Assembly (NCBI RefSeq): GCF_001447785.1
Contig: NW_015176007.1
Coordinates: forward strand, 361,088-425,087
Origin: Gekko japonicus
Taxonomy: Eukaryota
DNA: 64,000 nt
Direction: 5' to 3'
The translations under genes were made by a program, and so were the position numbers. Numbering within the stretch: position 1 is the first letter of the stretch; each line of letters begins with the position of its first letter. The notes under the pieces are model-generated. The model was not told the DNA's origin. It did no database searches and saw only the letters and a list, made by a program, of their open reading frames with translations. This document shows positions 12,601-26,400 of the stretch, in pieces.

Positions 12601-15600
12601 TTTTGCTGGAAGAGCTGCTCTAGGAAGCTCAAAAATTTGCACTGTCTTTATTGCTACTGTCAGTGTATGTGACATATTATAGAGTGGCATAGCCAGAAAA
12701 AAATAGGTCCTTGCACGTGTGCAGCTTTACAGACTGTATAAGGGGGAAAGATAGCAGATGAAGAAGAAGGAATGGAGAGGGCACTAAGGGATCAATTCAT
12801 CCATAGAATTAAGAACGCCTAAGCTTTGTTTCCATTGGGGGTTAAGCCAAAGGCTTTGTGGGAAATTGTGAGATTTTAAGGAAGAGTTAGCACCACAATG
12901 GAATTCTGGGAGTCATAGGCGTGAGGAGCAGCAACGGAGAGGCGTTGTTGGAGAGCCGGTGACCTGTGGGCAGTCCTGTGGCCCAGCAGCAGGTGGAGGA
13001 AAATGAGGCTGGAGGAAGAATCCTCTGGTATGCAGCATTTGAAGCAAGGGAAAGCTCTCCGTACTTGATTCTACTTTTAATTATTAGCCATGCATCTTTG
13101 TAATGTTGCTGTGGAGGCTGGAATTAGTGTGTGTTGTAGCAAACTGCTGTGGTCAGTATTCCTGGCATCATTATCCTTTGCAGCTGGCGAGGAGTAGTGA
13201 TTGAACCTGACCAGATCACAGAGTCTCCTTCCAACAAAATAAAGGAACTGGACAAACCCTCACCCGTGGAATCTGAAGACCAAAAAGAGCCAGGTAGTAG
13301 GTTCGGACAGAGCCTAGCTGGGGGCTCTTCCTCACCCCACCCCCCTGCCAGCTCTAGTGGGATTAAATCTAATTCTTGCTGGATAGATAGTTGTGGGCTG
13401 TTTCACTGGGTACGCATCTGAAATGTGTGCAATCCAAAGACTGGTATATGAATTGAGCTGCCTTCTGACCACATCCTCTCTTACAATGGTGTGCTATGAC
13501 TGTTCTCTCTGGATTCAGGGGAAAGTGAGATCAAGAGTGACCCTTGATTAATTTAGTTATCAGTTAAAATATTTAACTCCTGCCTTTTCTTGTGGCTCAA
13601 GATGGTTTACACCCCTTATTACAATTTAAAACCAATAGATTAAAGGCTAGATCAGGCAGGGTCCAGTTGATGTGCTTCATCCAGGAGTTAATTCTTCTGC
13701 TTTCTGCTTTTAGTGCCTCTTAATGAACGCCAGATGGCTGTGATAGAGGCTTTCCGCCACGCATGGAAAGGCTACAAGGAATTTGCCTGGGGCCATGACG
13801 AGCTGAAGCCCATCTCCAAGTCATTCAGCGAGTGGTTTGGCCTTGGCCTGACGCTCATTGATGCACTGGACACCATGTGGATTTTGGGCCTAAAGGAAGG
13901 TTAGCTCCTCTTTTTCTTGTTTTAGCTTTTCACCCTGCCTCATTTCCACAGTCTGCATTACTTTGCCAGCAATACCTATGGGTGAAGAGGACATATCCTT
14001 ACCAGAAATGGAGCAGTGTCCTCAATATTACCATGCTTACTGTGGCGATAAAAAGGCTCTATTGAGTCTTAGCCAGATCCATTTACATGTGCAGGAAAAT
14101 CATGGTTTGGTCAAAATTTGTTCCCCCACCAGTTTACTGGAAGCAACACCTTCGGCTTGTCCTGTGCAATGCTCCCTCTAAGCTGTGGAGTCTTGTGAGC
14201 AAAAATTCTACTTTGTGAGCTACTGGCATTAAAGCTGTGAGTGAGCAGTTTGGCTACTGCATAAATTAGTTTGCTCTGGAGCCATCCTTCCTGAGTTAAG
14301 ACAAAAATGTGTGAGCCGGAGGCTAAAAGACTGTGAGCTGGCTCATGCTAACTCAGCTTAGAGGGAACACTGGGACTCCTGTGTATGAGAGACACATGGC
14401 CATGCATGCTTGTTTCTCAAAGATCAAGTGATCCAGGGCTGACCTATGCTTTGCAACCTGAGAGGCTGTAGCCTCTTTTGCCATAGCCCCTAGCCATGAG
14501 CCTTGGATTCGGTTTTAGACCACCTCCTAGATAAGGTTCTGTAGGTGGTTGACAAACAGGTAAATAATGCAAATGTAGAATAGGACGGGTAAAAAGATCA
14601 GCAGCAATAAACAGGTTACTTGCTGGTGTTGTTGGGGTTTTTTTGCACCTTAGAATGAGATCGTAATGCCAGCTAAAAAAGTCAGTTGACAGATCCTTCT
14701 TTTCCCCAGATGCCTGGGGAAACAAATAAATGACTTCTGCTCACGTCTGAAACTCGGAGGAGGCAGCAGCACCCAGCAATTGCAGCAGGGAGGGAGTTCT
14801 GTAGAAGAGGCCCCTCTCTCCTTTCCCTGGAAAGGCTCCATCTCTTGTGGCTACCTGCCGCATTGCAAAAGATGGGGGTGTACCGATCAGCCCCCTGCCC
14901 ACTGGGTGATTGTCAGTCCTAGTCGGTTCGTATGGGAGGAGGCTGCTGTTGTCCAGACTGCTTTGGGTTTGCATCTTAATATGGGCAGATGAGAAGCAAC
15001 CTGTCAGACTTTCCTGTGGGTTCCTTTCTAGCTATCGTACCCCTTTCTTTTCCAATGGGGGCTTGGGATCCACAGAGATTAGCAGCTGTGTCCTTAGGGA
15101 GAGACATTTTCCTGAGTCCTGATACTTTTCTCCCCCTGTCTGAGGTTTTCTCCTCTCCCAGAGCACACCAGAGAACCGTTGGATGGTTCTGTTGAGTGAC
15201 TTTGGGTTCTCCCCTGATGCAGAGTTTGCAGAAGCAAAGAAGTGGGTTGTAACAGAGCTAAACTTTGACAAGAATGTGGACGTCAACCTTTTTGAGAGCG
15301 CCATTCGGATCCTGGGAGGTCTGCTCAGCACCTATCACTTGTCGGGGGACTCCCTCTTCCTAGAGAAAGCTGTAAGCAACCTTTTATCTTGTCATACAAA
15401 GTGAACCCTGCTCCCTGACCTGTGTGTCTGTTTCCCAAATCTCAGAAATGACGATGGAAGACTCCTGGCATTCTCACAAGAGTTTCAGTCCTTGCAGTGG
15501 GAGGTGGAAAAACCTGTAATGTTTGCAATGTAAATGCACCCTCTCCCTCCTCGAAGTAGTTCTGCAGATCTGTGTACCTATGTATGCTTTTTGGGTGAGT

Positions 15601-16179
15601 GGTAGGCAGGAGATTTTGCAAGGGAACTTTCCCCCTCTCTATACGGCACACTGGCAGCCAGTTTAACTGCTAGGCAGGTGATGGGCGCCAGTCTAGTTTT
15701 ACTGAAGTGTCGTGCTGTTCTTTTTGCTGCCGCTCTGAGATTTTGAATGGTGGTTATTCTGCTGGGAGCTGATTTTAGTCACTTTAGAAGGGCTTTGTTT
15801 TATTTTTAATAGCAGGGCAACGCGTATGCTTGTATGTGTGGGTGTATAAGTAAAACCTTTGAATCCTGAGCTGGGATTCCCAAGAGCCATCGAGCTAGTT
15901 CTCTGCACCCAAGAGGGCTGTGGACTTGAATTGCAATCCCCTCCTCCCCCCACACGCCACCCATTGTTACAAGCCATGCAGGGGGGGAAATGCCAGAAGA
16001 CCTCACTGTTGTCCCTGCCAAAGCAGCTCTTTGGATCCCCCCAAGTATCACTGGTCACAGACCTAATAACAGGAAGACCCATCTTCAGGATTCGGCAGCA
16101 GAGAGTGGCTTTCGGACTGAGCTGCTGGGGTTCCTTGCGAGCTTTCTCAGGGGTCCCTCAAGCCTGTCATGGTCTGGAA

Positions 16180-16210
<31 letters not shown>

Positions 16211-19200
16211 TTATTAGATTTATACCCCGCCCTGCCGCAAAAGATGGGCTCCCTCCTCCTGTATGTCCCAGTGTGCCAACTGCAGTCCTTAGGCTGCCAT
16301 TTACTGGCTGTCCCTCACTGAAAGTAATCTACCTAACATCAACTGGAGCCTGTATTTTTCTATCCCATCTCCCACTTTGGGGAACAGGCTTCATGAGGAG
16401 ACGAAGGGGGGCTGACTTCAGACACTGCAAGACCATCTGATTTTCCAGGGCTTTTAATGGGGTATAAACTGCAGGTCTCTTTGGTGTGTGTATGTGTGTG
16501 TGTGTGGGGGGGGGGGGGGGTGACTGCATTTTGCTGGTTTTAAATTGTGATGCATTTCAGTTATCCGTAAACTGCCTTGAGCTATAGTGAAAGGTGGGAA
16601 ATAAATGTTTTAATAAATAAAATAACATCAAGGTCAGACATCCAGGACAAATTTCCCTGAAAGAGAGCTTGCTTCATCCATGTTCAGTAGTCCTCTGTGA
16701 TGTGTAGGGTGCATGGTTTCACTCATGTTGAGCATCAGTGACTCCCACGCTATCAACTGAGCATGTGACCCGGAGCAGGGCGCCCCCCCCCCCAATCCTT
16801 TTCAATACGCAAGGCTTCATCTGCAGACGTAAAAATGTGAAGCTCCCTTACCCTGAATCGGGTGTTTGATCCTTCTAGCTTGGTATCATCTGTTCTGACT
16901 GGCAGTAGCACTCCAGGGTCTTGAGCAGAGTTCCCTGTTATCCAAGACATCAGAGATTTTTTAACTGGTGATGCCAGGGGCATCATATCCTCTACCACTG
17001 AACTATGGCCCCTGCTCACAAGAAGCTGGTGGTCTGTCTAGCTTAGTATGGTCCACTGTGACTGGCAGTGGCTTTCCAGGGGATCAGGCAGGGAGAGGTC
17101 TTTCTAATTTCCTGCCACCTAAAAACCCTTTAGCTGGAGACCGCTCTTTCACCACACAAAGCCTCAGCCCCTGAGCCACCATCTCTTGGCAAATGAGTTC
17201 ATGGGCAGTGGGCTGAGGACTGCTGGTCTAGAGTGTCCAAATGTACAAGGAAAATATAAAGTTGATGAAGCAATGAGAGCCAGATGGACATCGCAAGCCC
17301 ATTAACAGAGTCTTTCCGATGCAGCCTTTATGCATAATCTCTTCCTTCATGTTCGACGTCTATACAAGGCAACAGTAATCTTTTCTCATCCTGTCTCCTC
17401 TCCCCGCCTTTCCATGTTCTCTGCTGTTCAGAAAGACATTGGCAGCAGACTCATGCCAGCCTTCAACACCCCTTCCAAGATTCCATTTTCAGATGTAAAC
17501 ATTGGCCGGGGCACAGCCCACCCGCCACGCTGGACGTCTGATAGCACGGTGGCTGAAGTGACGAGCATTCAGCTGGAGTTCAGGGAGCTCTCACGCCTCA
17601 CGGGGGAAGAGAAGTTCCAGGTACTGATGGAGCTGTTTGCTTTGTTTCTCTTTTCTCCTTCCTTTTCTGACAGTGCACTGAAGGGAACCAGAGGTCATCT
17701 AGTCCAGGCCATGGTTCCAAACATGGGAGGTTCCCTCCATCAGTGTTCTAGATTTTCACGAATACCATCCTGGAGACAACACGCTGCAGGCAGAAAGAAG
17801 CTCATGGAGCAAATAGTTGAGCTGACTTGGGCGGTCGAGATGTGCTCCTAAAGCTAGAATACCTTTTCACTCTGGAGAAATTTCTCATGTTCTTCCAATC
17901 AATTTTTGCTTAATACTTTCAGTGACTGATGTGATTTGATCTTAGGGGCTTTATCAAAGTGAAGTGTAAAAGTACATGAGTTTTGGGAGGTTTACTTTGA
18001 CTTACAATTTATGTCCTCAAAATGCCAGGGTTTTAAAAAAATTATGGAGGAAAGAATGTCAACAGCTAGCAGCCACAGTCGCAAACTGAAAATTGTGTCT
18101 GGTGGTCATGTCCTTTTGAACACCAGATGCTGTGGGGGGAAACCAGCCACAGGGAATGGCCCTTGTATTCTCGTCATACTTTTGGACTTTCAGTCCACTG
18201 TGGGAAGCACGATGCTGGACTGGCTGGGGCTCTGGTCTGATCCAGCAGGGCTCTTCCTGCATTCTTAAATTCCACTGTTTGGTGTGCCCTTCAGAATTTA
18301 ATTTTAAAATCCCGTGTGTGTGTGTTTGAGCCTGAGAGATTTCCTGGGTTTTGTTTCCTGTAGAAAGCTGTTGATGGGGTGATGCAACACATTCACTCCC
18401 TCCCTGGAAAGAATGATGGTCTGGTGCCCATGTTCATCAACACCAATAGTGGGCAGTTTACCCATCTAGGGGTGTATACCCTTGGAGCCAGAGCAGACAG
18501 CTACTATGAGTACCTGCTGAAGCAGTGGATCCAGGGTGGGAAGAAGGAAAATGAGTAAGTCTGTCATTCACCACCACCACCACCACCACCCATCTCCCTG
18601 GTCAGCTCCAGGATGGGCCCTGCTTTCAACGGGTATCTCCCAGGCCTTTTCAACCAGAGGTCTGTGTTTTGTGGCAGAAGTGGGCTTTGGGGCAATCTGG
18701 AGCCAGGTGGGAATGCAGCCGCCTCCTTTTGCGAGAATCCCCCCAAGCAGGGCTTTTTTTCCCTGGAGGAACGTGCTGGAATGGAGTTCCGGAACCTCTC
18801 CGACAAAATTCTTTTTAAAATGTTTAAAAGTTCATGAGTTTTCAGTAGGCAGTTTGAGAACTTCATTTCCCTCCTGTGAGTTCCGGCACCTCCCCCCCCC
18901 CCCCCCCCCCCCGCCAAAGCACCGTGTCCCTAAGCCATGTTCTTTTGTGCCTGAAAAGTCATCTGCTTCCCAATGTGGTGGGTTAAGGTTTTAAATGGGT
19001 GAGGCATGCTGCGGGATATGTAATGGAGAGCAGCAATAATAATCCTACTTAGCACTGGTGTGGAGCTTTCAAGCATTTAAATCCCCTCACATATAGTGAC
19101 AATTCACGATTATGTTATAATCCTTCCAGCAACTGTCCTTGGCAAAAGGAGGGCTAAGCAAGCCCCCCCCCCACAATTCCTGCTATCAAAATGGGAGGGG

Positions 19201-22200
19201 GGGAGGGGGCAAGAGACAAATCCAGCTCTCCAAGTTTCTGTCTTGAATCATCTTCCAAATGATGATTCCTGTGCTTGCTATGACTTTGTAAATGAATTAT
19301 TACTGGGGTTTTTAAAGCTCTGTTGTGTGTTGTGATTTTTAAAGTCCTGTAAACTACTTGGAACAGAGCAGCAGTATAGAAAGGGCATACATAAAAAAAA
19401 CCCGGTACAGTCAGCTGGTATTATGACTCCCATTTTGCAGGGCGATGTGAGACAGTTCGGCTTGCCTAAGGCCATTGAGTGAGAGGGCCGGATTTGAATC
19501 GGGCAGCCGTGCTATTTTTTAATTTTTAAATGGAGTCCTGCCCAGTTGACGTCAGTCACAATTGTTAAACCTCCTCCCGTAATTAGTATGTTTAATCGGC
19601 AGGCTTTTGGAAGATTACGTGAAGGGCATAGAAGGGGTGAAAACGCATCTTCTTCGCAAATCCCAGCCCAAAAGACTGACTTTCGTCGGTGAACTCGCTC
19701 ATGGCCGTTTCAGTGCTAAAATGGTAAGCGGCTCGGGGTGGGGGCAGGGGACTTAACTTGTGCTTGCAGTTTCCAGAGGGGTGGCTGCATGAGTCACAGC
19801 AGCCCAAACAACAAAAGGTCAGATTCCCTAACGGTGGTTGTAACGATTTCATGTTTAACTGTGTGTGTGTGACTTTAAAAGTTTGGATGCATGGCTGTAT
19901 GATAGTCTAGAGTAGTGGAAACAAGCAAGTGGTGTGATTGGTGAGTGACAGAGAGGGAGAGGGGTTTTGGAAATGATTCTGTGTGGATGAGCAGATATGT
20001 CAGTCAAGAGTGTCAATTAGAGATGACAGTTGATGAAGCCAGTGGAAAAAGAGTTAGTTTGGAAGTCTGAGAGAGAGAGACTCATCCCTGTGTGGGATAA
20101 TTTGGTTCTGTGTAGTAAAAGAGTTAAGCAGTTTGTTCGTTTTAAGGACTGAGAGAGAGAAGTCTTGTGTTTGTTATGAAAAGTTGAAGTATAAAGAAAC
20201 AGTAACCGTATATGGCCTTAAGAAGAAAAAAGTGTTACAAAGTTACATGCCCAGATCCCTGACAGTGGGAGAGAAAAGTGTGTGAAATATCAATAAATCT
20301 ACTTTTATTTAAGATACCAGTTCTGAAAGAAATTCTTCCCAGGAAACACATAGACCCTCGTGAACGCCTAAACCCTCGACTTACCTACCCAGTGACAGAA
20401 ATATTATATTATAGAGGTTTGGAAAGCCTTAAATTTCCTGGTGGCAGCCGGAATACCCAGTAAAATAAAATAAAAGGAACACTTTTAAAGTAAAACCAGA
20501 CCTCCCCAGTTAAGGGGTCGTCACAGTGGTGCTTTCCTCTGGCCGAAGGCTCCTTGCACCAGAAGAAGACACTTCTGTTAGCAGAAGGGATTGCGGGATC
20601 CAGCCCAAAGAGACTCACGACACTTTAAAGCCTAACATTTTATTGTGTCAGAAGCTTTTGTGAGCCAGAGGTCACTTGATCAGATGTGTAAGGTGTGTTG
20701 CAGAAAAACAGACACACAGGGAAACAAAGAGGAGGGGGGAGGCCCCTTGGGACACATGAGAAGGTCCAGCATCCCATGACAGAAGCAGGTTGCATCACAT
20801 TACAGAACAGAGAAGAAAACAATGCTATCTTGTAAAGAATGTGTTAAATTGAAGGACAAAGTGGTATTTCTGTGCATGGGCTTAGCAGTGAGTAAACCAA
20901 GTCCATGCACTTCTGGCTGTAAGGGTGTCAAAATTGAGAGAAGTAATTTCAAGAGAGGCCTGCCTTCCCCCTCTTTCTTCAGTTAAGCCTGCTGTTTTCT
21001 TTCCCCCAACAAAGTATGCATTGTGTAGCTTTTAGACTATTTCAGCATGCTTGGAACATTCTTTGTCATTGTTATAGAGCAGCAATTTTCAAACTCCTTG
21101 GAAGTTTCTCAAAGGTTCGTCGATGAGAAAACTGGTGATGGCGGACAAGATTTCCTGAAAGATAGTTTGCCCCTTCCTCGTGTTCTTGTCACGTGATGCA
21201 CAGCTACAGGGGAGTGTTGGGGATGTTCCAGTCTCAGAGCTCATTCTCAGTCCATGTGATGAGTCCCAGTTAGCTGGTCAGGCCACTACAATAGTGGAGA
21301 ATTTGCTATAGAAGCCTCTGCAACTTGTGGGGGTTTGTGTGGAAAGAGTCTCCGAGAGGAAAAAAAGGAAAAGCCCTGTGTGAGCGAGATTGGAACCTCT
21401 TCCTCTGTGTGTCTCGGCCAGGACCACCTGGTTTGCTTCTTGCCTGGAGCCCTCGCTCTTGGAGTTCACAACGGGCTCCCGTCTGATCACCTGGATCTGG
21501 CCATAGAGCTTGCGGAGACCTGCTATCAGATGTACGCCCAAGTGGAGACTGGCCTGAGCCCAGAGATTGTCCACTTCAACATGCACGCTCAGAAGGAACG
21601 AAAAGATGTGGAGATCAAGGTGAGCTGCTTGGTGTTATCCCTGGCGGGAGAAGTTGTGTGAATCTTTAGTGCCAGTTCTCTATTGGATGCGTATCCTTTT
21701 AGAAACATAACATCACACCAGGTGCAATCACTGTGCAACAGACTGTCTTCCCCCAACCCTTTGGTTGTTTAAAAAAACCCCACACTGCAGTGGAAGGTTC
21801 CACAGCTCAGTGGCAGAATCCAGGCTTTGCGTGTTGAAGGTCTGAACTTCCATCTCCACCATCTCCTTTACAGGGATCCCTGGTAGCTGGGTGCAGAGGG
21901 GTCTCTGCCTGCAGCCTCGGAGAGCCACTGCCAGCCAGTCTTTTGCTGGTGCAGACATAACAGGATTAGATGTGCCAGTAACCCACTTTACAGGGTAATC
22001 TTTAGATATGTAAAATGGGGCAGCTGAAGCTGAGAGTGTAGCTTGCCCGACGTCACCTGGATAATTGGGGGCAGAGGTGTGATTGTCAACATTGGTCAAA
22101 CTCAGTCTGTGATCCATTATGCTGTGTTAGCATTCTTATGCGTGTGCATGTGCGTGCATTTAAAACAATCCCAGTTGCATGACAGGAAAAGCCAGATTCT

Positions 22201-23469
22201 GGAACTGGAACAAATGAAGCACTGGCCACTTTTCAGAGCCAGGTTTTCTAATCCTTTGGAGTAAGAATGATCGAATAGTTGTGGTTGGAGAGGGCCTTAG
22301 CTGTCTCCCTCTCCCTCTCTTTTTGCAAGATCTCCTCGTTCAGTTGGCCTGTCTGTCGTGGGAGGGCAGAGTGTAGTACAGTTAGAGAAGATTGAATTTT
22401 GTCCTTTTCTGTTTTGGATTTTTTTCTTCCTTCTCCAGGCTGCAGACAGACACAACCTTCTGCGCCCTGAAGCTGTGGAGAGCTTTTTCTACCTGTATAG
22501 ATTCACGGGCGACAAGAAGTATCAGGACTGGGGCTGGGAGATCCTCCAGAACTTCAATAAATACACACGGGTAAAACCAAGCAATCTTGACGGCCAGCTT
22601 GGGAAGCTTTTAGGCACTGTGGGGGGGCCCTCCTTGTTGTCAGTCTGGCTGAAATGATAGGCAGTGGAGAGAGGCTTGGAACTGGCTGTACACAAGGTAC
22701 GGGACCTGCAGGAGCCCATAAGAGAAGTCCTGCCTATTAAAGCCACCATCTCAGCTCCCAATGCCTGCTTGTCAGGACTTGTGCGCTCGCTTCTATGTAT
22801 TTGACTTCTGTAGCCTTCGGTTGCGCGTCAGTGGCGTGGCTGGATGACAGTTGGCAACGGGAAATGTTTGACTTCAGCTGAGGCTCAACTAGCTGCACTT
22901 CCCTCATTCTCTGGTAACTTGAACAGATGGGTGGGAGACTGCACTGACAGCAGCAAACACAGATCAGGGAATTGCGTTCACCACTGGACCACTGCAAAGC
23001 AGTGGGATAATGATTTTTAGAACAGTGTCAGCAGTGTATATGGGGAGGGAGTGCTTAATCCTATTCTTCAGTTTCCCCTTTTCATCTGTAGCCCCTCCTA
23101 GCCTTTCCCATTGACATAGAAAAAACCTAGCTAGGGGTAATGTGGCTAGGTCAGGGATTGGCAGGGAAGGGGTTGTTACACAATATCTGACGTGTCTGGG
23201 TAAGTTGTATCTTCACACCCATGCTGTGTACCCATCTGTTCTCTTGCAATTCTTTCATCCAGGTTCCTACAGGTGGCTATACTTCCATAAACAACGTCCA
23301 GAACCCTAGCAATCCTGAGCCAAGAGATAAGATGGAGAGTTTTTTCCTTGGCGAAACACTCAAATACCTTTTCTTGCTCTTTTCGGACGATGTCGACTTG
23401 ATAAACCTCGACAAATACGTCTTCAATACAGAGGCTCACCCCCTTCCTATCTGGCATCAGCAACAATGA
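6372..23469 (+). CDS. MAN1B1: ER mannosyl-oligosaccharide 1,2-alpha-mannosidase (GH47), 13 coding exons, 676 aa
   Basis: Exons 6372-6512, 8580-8688, 10134-10270, 12367-12527, 13184-13293, 13714-13899, 15223-15371, 17432-17620, 18364-18554, 19603-19723, 21422-21619, 22439-22570, 23263-23469. All GT-AG, summing to 2031 nt in frame. Motifs [11 protein letters not shown] segment in exon 2, [72 protein letters not shown]. Confidence 0.97.
7555..7746 (+). mobile_element. tRNA-derived SINE (Squam3-like)
   Basis: A-box TGGCTCAGTGG and B-box GGTTCAAC followed by a body shared with other copies at about 16845-17012(-), 21790-21970(+), 25966-26163(+), 44170-44380(-) and 61775-61970(+). Confidence 0.75.
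8996..9640. mobile_element. possible solo LTR (TGTTA...TAACA) interrupting a SINE head
   Basis: TGTTA at 8996 and TAACA ending 9640, internal TTTATT; a SINE head ends abruptly at 8995. The TSD is imperfect (AGGTC/AGGGA). Confidence 0.35.
9870..10070 (-). mobile_element. 5S rRNA-derived SINE (SINE3)
   Basis: Minus strand contains TCTCGTCAGATCTCGGAAGCTAAGCAGGG, matching the 5S rRNA internal promoter region, followed by a non-5S body shared with other copies in the window. Confidence 0.8.
10665..11420 (+). mobile_element. CR1 LINE 3' fragment (interrupted by hAT MITE)
   Basis: CR1-type ORF2 C-terminal/3'UTR sequence (CACCTTCCCTACAAGAGAAGGTTAAGG...TTCAGTTTAG...AAATTTTATGGAGGAAAGG|ACTATTAATGGCTA) continues across the MITE. 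Confidence 0.65.
11002..11205. mobile_element. hAT-type MITE, copy 1
   Basis: TIR CAGTGCTCCCTCTAAGCTG...CAGCTTAGAGGGAACTCTG; perfect 8-bp TSD GAAAGGAC (10994-11001/11206-11213). Confidence 0.9.
14167..14372. mobile_element. hAT-type MITE, copy 2
   Basis: Near-identical to 11002-11205 with the same TIRs; TSD degenerate (TCCTGTG present on both sides with an offset). Confidence 0.85.
16179..16208 (+). repeat. (TACA)n microsatellite
   Basis: Direct tandem tetranucleotide repeat. Confidence 0.85.
19839..20525. mobile_element. solo LTR (Gypsy-like) in MAN1B1 intron 10
   Basis: TGTAACGA...TCGTCACA termini (7/8 inverted match), 5-bp TSD GTGGT on both sides, internal AATAAA near 20292. Confidence 0.7.
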
Positions 23470-26400
23470 AACGTGGGCCAGCTGCCATTCCCAGTCTTGA
23501 TCATATCCCAGCTTACTGGGGGTCTGAAGGGAGGTGTACGGAATATTGTGGGTTCATGTGTATTTGCTGGACAGCACATCAGAAAGGAAGCTCAGATTGT
23601 GGAGGGGAAGTTTTTGGCCTGGAATCCACACCCTCTCGTGTCATCTCCCCATTGTCACCCACCCAGCACTTGGACACACAAGCCAGAGAGGGCCAAGCAA
23701 ATTTATTGCAGCAGTGAGTTCTGCTTGGCACACAAGACGCTTTGGGAGAGGTGGGACTGGTGTTGGCCCATTGAGATCCAGGCTGTATAGATCGTCTTGG
23801 TGTCAGAATTATCATCTCGACAAGAGGAGCCTTGTCGAGGTACACCGAGAAGTGTCCCAGTTTACAGCATCATTCCGTTGTATCGGCCTATTACCATACC
23901 TGCAAGGTAAAGGCAATAAACAAGAAAGATGGGTCCTTCGCCCCGAATTTAAAATGCAGGTTGTCAGTGCGATTGCTGATTCTCCAGTCTCATTCCAAGC
24001 CGAGGGGTTATGCCACAGGTAACACCGGCAGAACGAAAAGCTTCTTTTCCAGCTGCCACTACCAGTGGCAGCATCTTAATTTTTTAATGGAGCACTTTGA
24101 ATAATCATGTGGCACTTGTACCTGTTGTGAATCGTGGAGAAGTTTTAAGTCCTGCAGTTGCTGGTTTGGGTGGAAACTCATGTATAGCTTTGTAGGTATG
24201 TTGTGACGGGATTTCCCCCCCCCCCCTTAACTTAATCTGCAGAAATGCAAGAGACAATGTGAAGAGAGAATTTATGTTCTTAAAAAGGTTATCTACGCTA
24301 GAGTTTATATCTATGATGTTTTTGGCTCAGGTATTTGGACTGAAAGCTGCTTCCTGAGGCTCAGCTACTAGCAACCCTAATAATTTCCTTTTCCCCCCAG
24401 ACTGGAATCCACACCTGAACCCAGTGGGACTGCTGGACTTTCCTTTTGCATTGTGTTGGCTCAGCTGGAGCTTTGCTGTAAAGGAGAGTTTTCACTAGAG
24501 AGCTAGAAGGAAGAGATTGTTGGTCATCTTATGCCCTCAAGGGGCAGCCAAGTTCGAAGAGGTGTTTCCACCAGATAGAACTGGGTGGTAGTTATCATAT
24601 CTGTGAAAGTGGATCGGGAACAGATAATGGATTGTGTCTTCTGTGCATACTTGGTAGCCTTGAAGGTAGTATTGGAAAGAGGTGGCCTTTTTAGTGCAAG
24701 AAGGAATAAACCCACTAAACATTTATCTTAGGAGCTAGTGGGTTTTGCACTCTCACAAGCTCTTCTTAAGGAGAAAATTTAGTACAATATGCTTAATACG
24801 CTTTTGGATCATCATTCTGGAGCTCCCGCCTGAAGTTCATAGTGTCGTTTCACCACCTACCTCAAGGGGTAATTCAGAACAGGAAGGAATTCCATGCAAT
24901 AGTGTGATTGTGGGAAACTAAATATTTTCCCTGAATATACTCTTTGGCTTTGGGGTCCATTTCACATGCTACAACTTTTTAACAGGTGGATTTCAGAATT
25001 CACAATTTGTGATTTTGTTAATGCTTGCCCACCCCCCTATTTGGGTGTGTTATTTTTTTTTATCCTTGTTTCCAGTTTCCCATTTTCAAAGCTCCAAAGA
25101 CAGAGTCATATTTTGGAAAAGGGTGGCACCTGTAGGACAATCCTTTCTAGCTCAGGGGCTGTCTAGTCATGCCTCAGTAGGGTCTCCAGTCTTTGTGCAT
25201 TTTGCAAAGCTGTGCTGCCAGTAGATTCTGTCGGGGCCCGCTTTGGCTTTTCCTGTGTTGAACTGGTACATCTTATTGAATTACTAGCAGGAAATTGTCC
25301 TGTCCTCCCACAAAAGAACAAGAGCTATGCAAGAGAAAGGCTGCAGCTAGGGTGAGAAAAAATCCCACAGAGTTGTGCCCCTGGTAGAGCCTTGTTTCTT
25401 GAACTGTGATGACAGCTTATAGCAATTGCCCTGCAAGTCATATTGAATATGGGGCACATATTGGCGAAGAGTTGTTTTTGTCCACACAAGGTGTGCACAA
25501 TAAAACGGTAGCCTTAAGACTTTATAATCCAAAAAGCAAGAGGACTGTGGTTGTGTTTACACATAATACAAGAACTGGTTGCTGGGGGGGTGGCTCAGAG
25601 TTCTTCCTTTGCGATGAAATTATTCGGGTGGCGGCTGCTTTCTCTCAGCCTCGGTCCTTCCCCCCACCCGAGTCATAAGAATACTGACCTACCTTGCAGG
25701 TCTGTTCAAAGGATTACTGAGATATAGTATTGCAAGTTCTTTGAGCATGCCAAAGGCAATATAAATGTAAACTATTGTGATTTCCAGCTTGCCAATTGTA
25801 GGGTAGGTGCTTGTATGCAGTAGGTCCCAAGTCCAGTTCCTGGGATCTCTGGTTTCCCAGATGGTGGGAGAAACCCTTTTCTGCCTCAGACCCTGGTGAA
25901 TCACTGCAAAGTCAGGGGAGCCAATCTGAACTAAACTGGCTAATCCGATCTTAAAACGGGGGAGAGGGCTGGGGCTCAGTTGTGCAGAGTACCTGCTTTA
26001 CATGCAGGCCTGAGGTTCAGTCTCCAGATACGTTCTCGGGTAACAGGCTTGGGGAAAGGCCTTCTGTGGCTGAGGCTTTGGAGAGCTGTTGCCAATCAGA
26101 CAAGACAGTACTGGGCTAGATTGACCAATGGACTGACTCGGTGTAAGCCAGCTTCATAGGTTCAGTGGAAGACCCTGTATACTTTCTAAAAAATTGAGTC
26201 TCTTTAAGCTGGCTGATCTAATGGGGACCATAAAGCAGCAACTAAATGCTTTGTGTGTGCTGTAAGGTACCCATTCCCCCCCCCCCCCTCACGTAAGTGC
26301 ACCCTGGAATTTAAAGCCATATTCTAAAGCTGAACAATTGCTGTGGTGTTTGGAGGCAGACACTTAACTTTGCACCGGTGCCTTCAGTGTGTGAGGGCAA

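Noticed and set aside
18536-18994. ORFs with poly-His/poly-Pro or poly-Gly tracts
   Set aside because: Translations of (CAC)n and poly-C runs in MAN1B1 intron 9; no coding evidence.
20620-20690. Second hammerhead-like motif in a Penelope-type tail (similar relics near 4690-4770, 43430-43520 and 50045-50095)
   Set aside because: The core is mutated (CTGATCA, AAAA instead of CTGANGA, GAAA), so it is not credible as a ribozyme.
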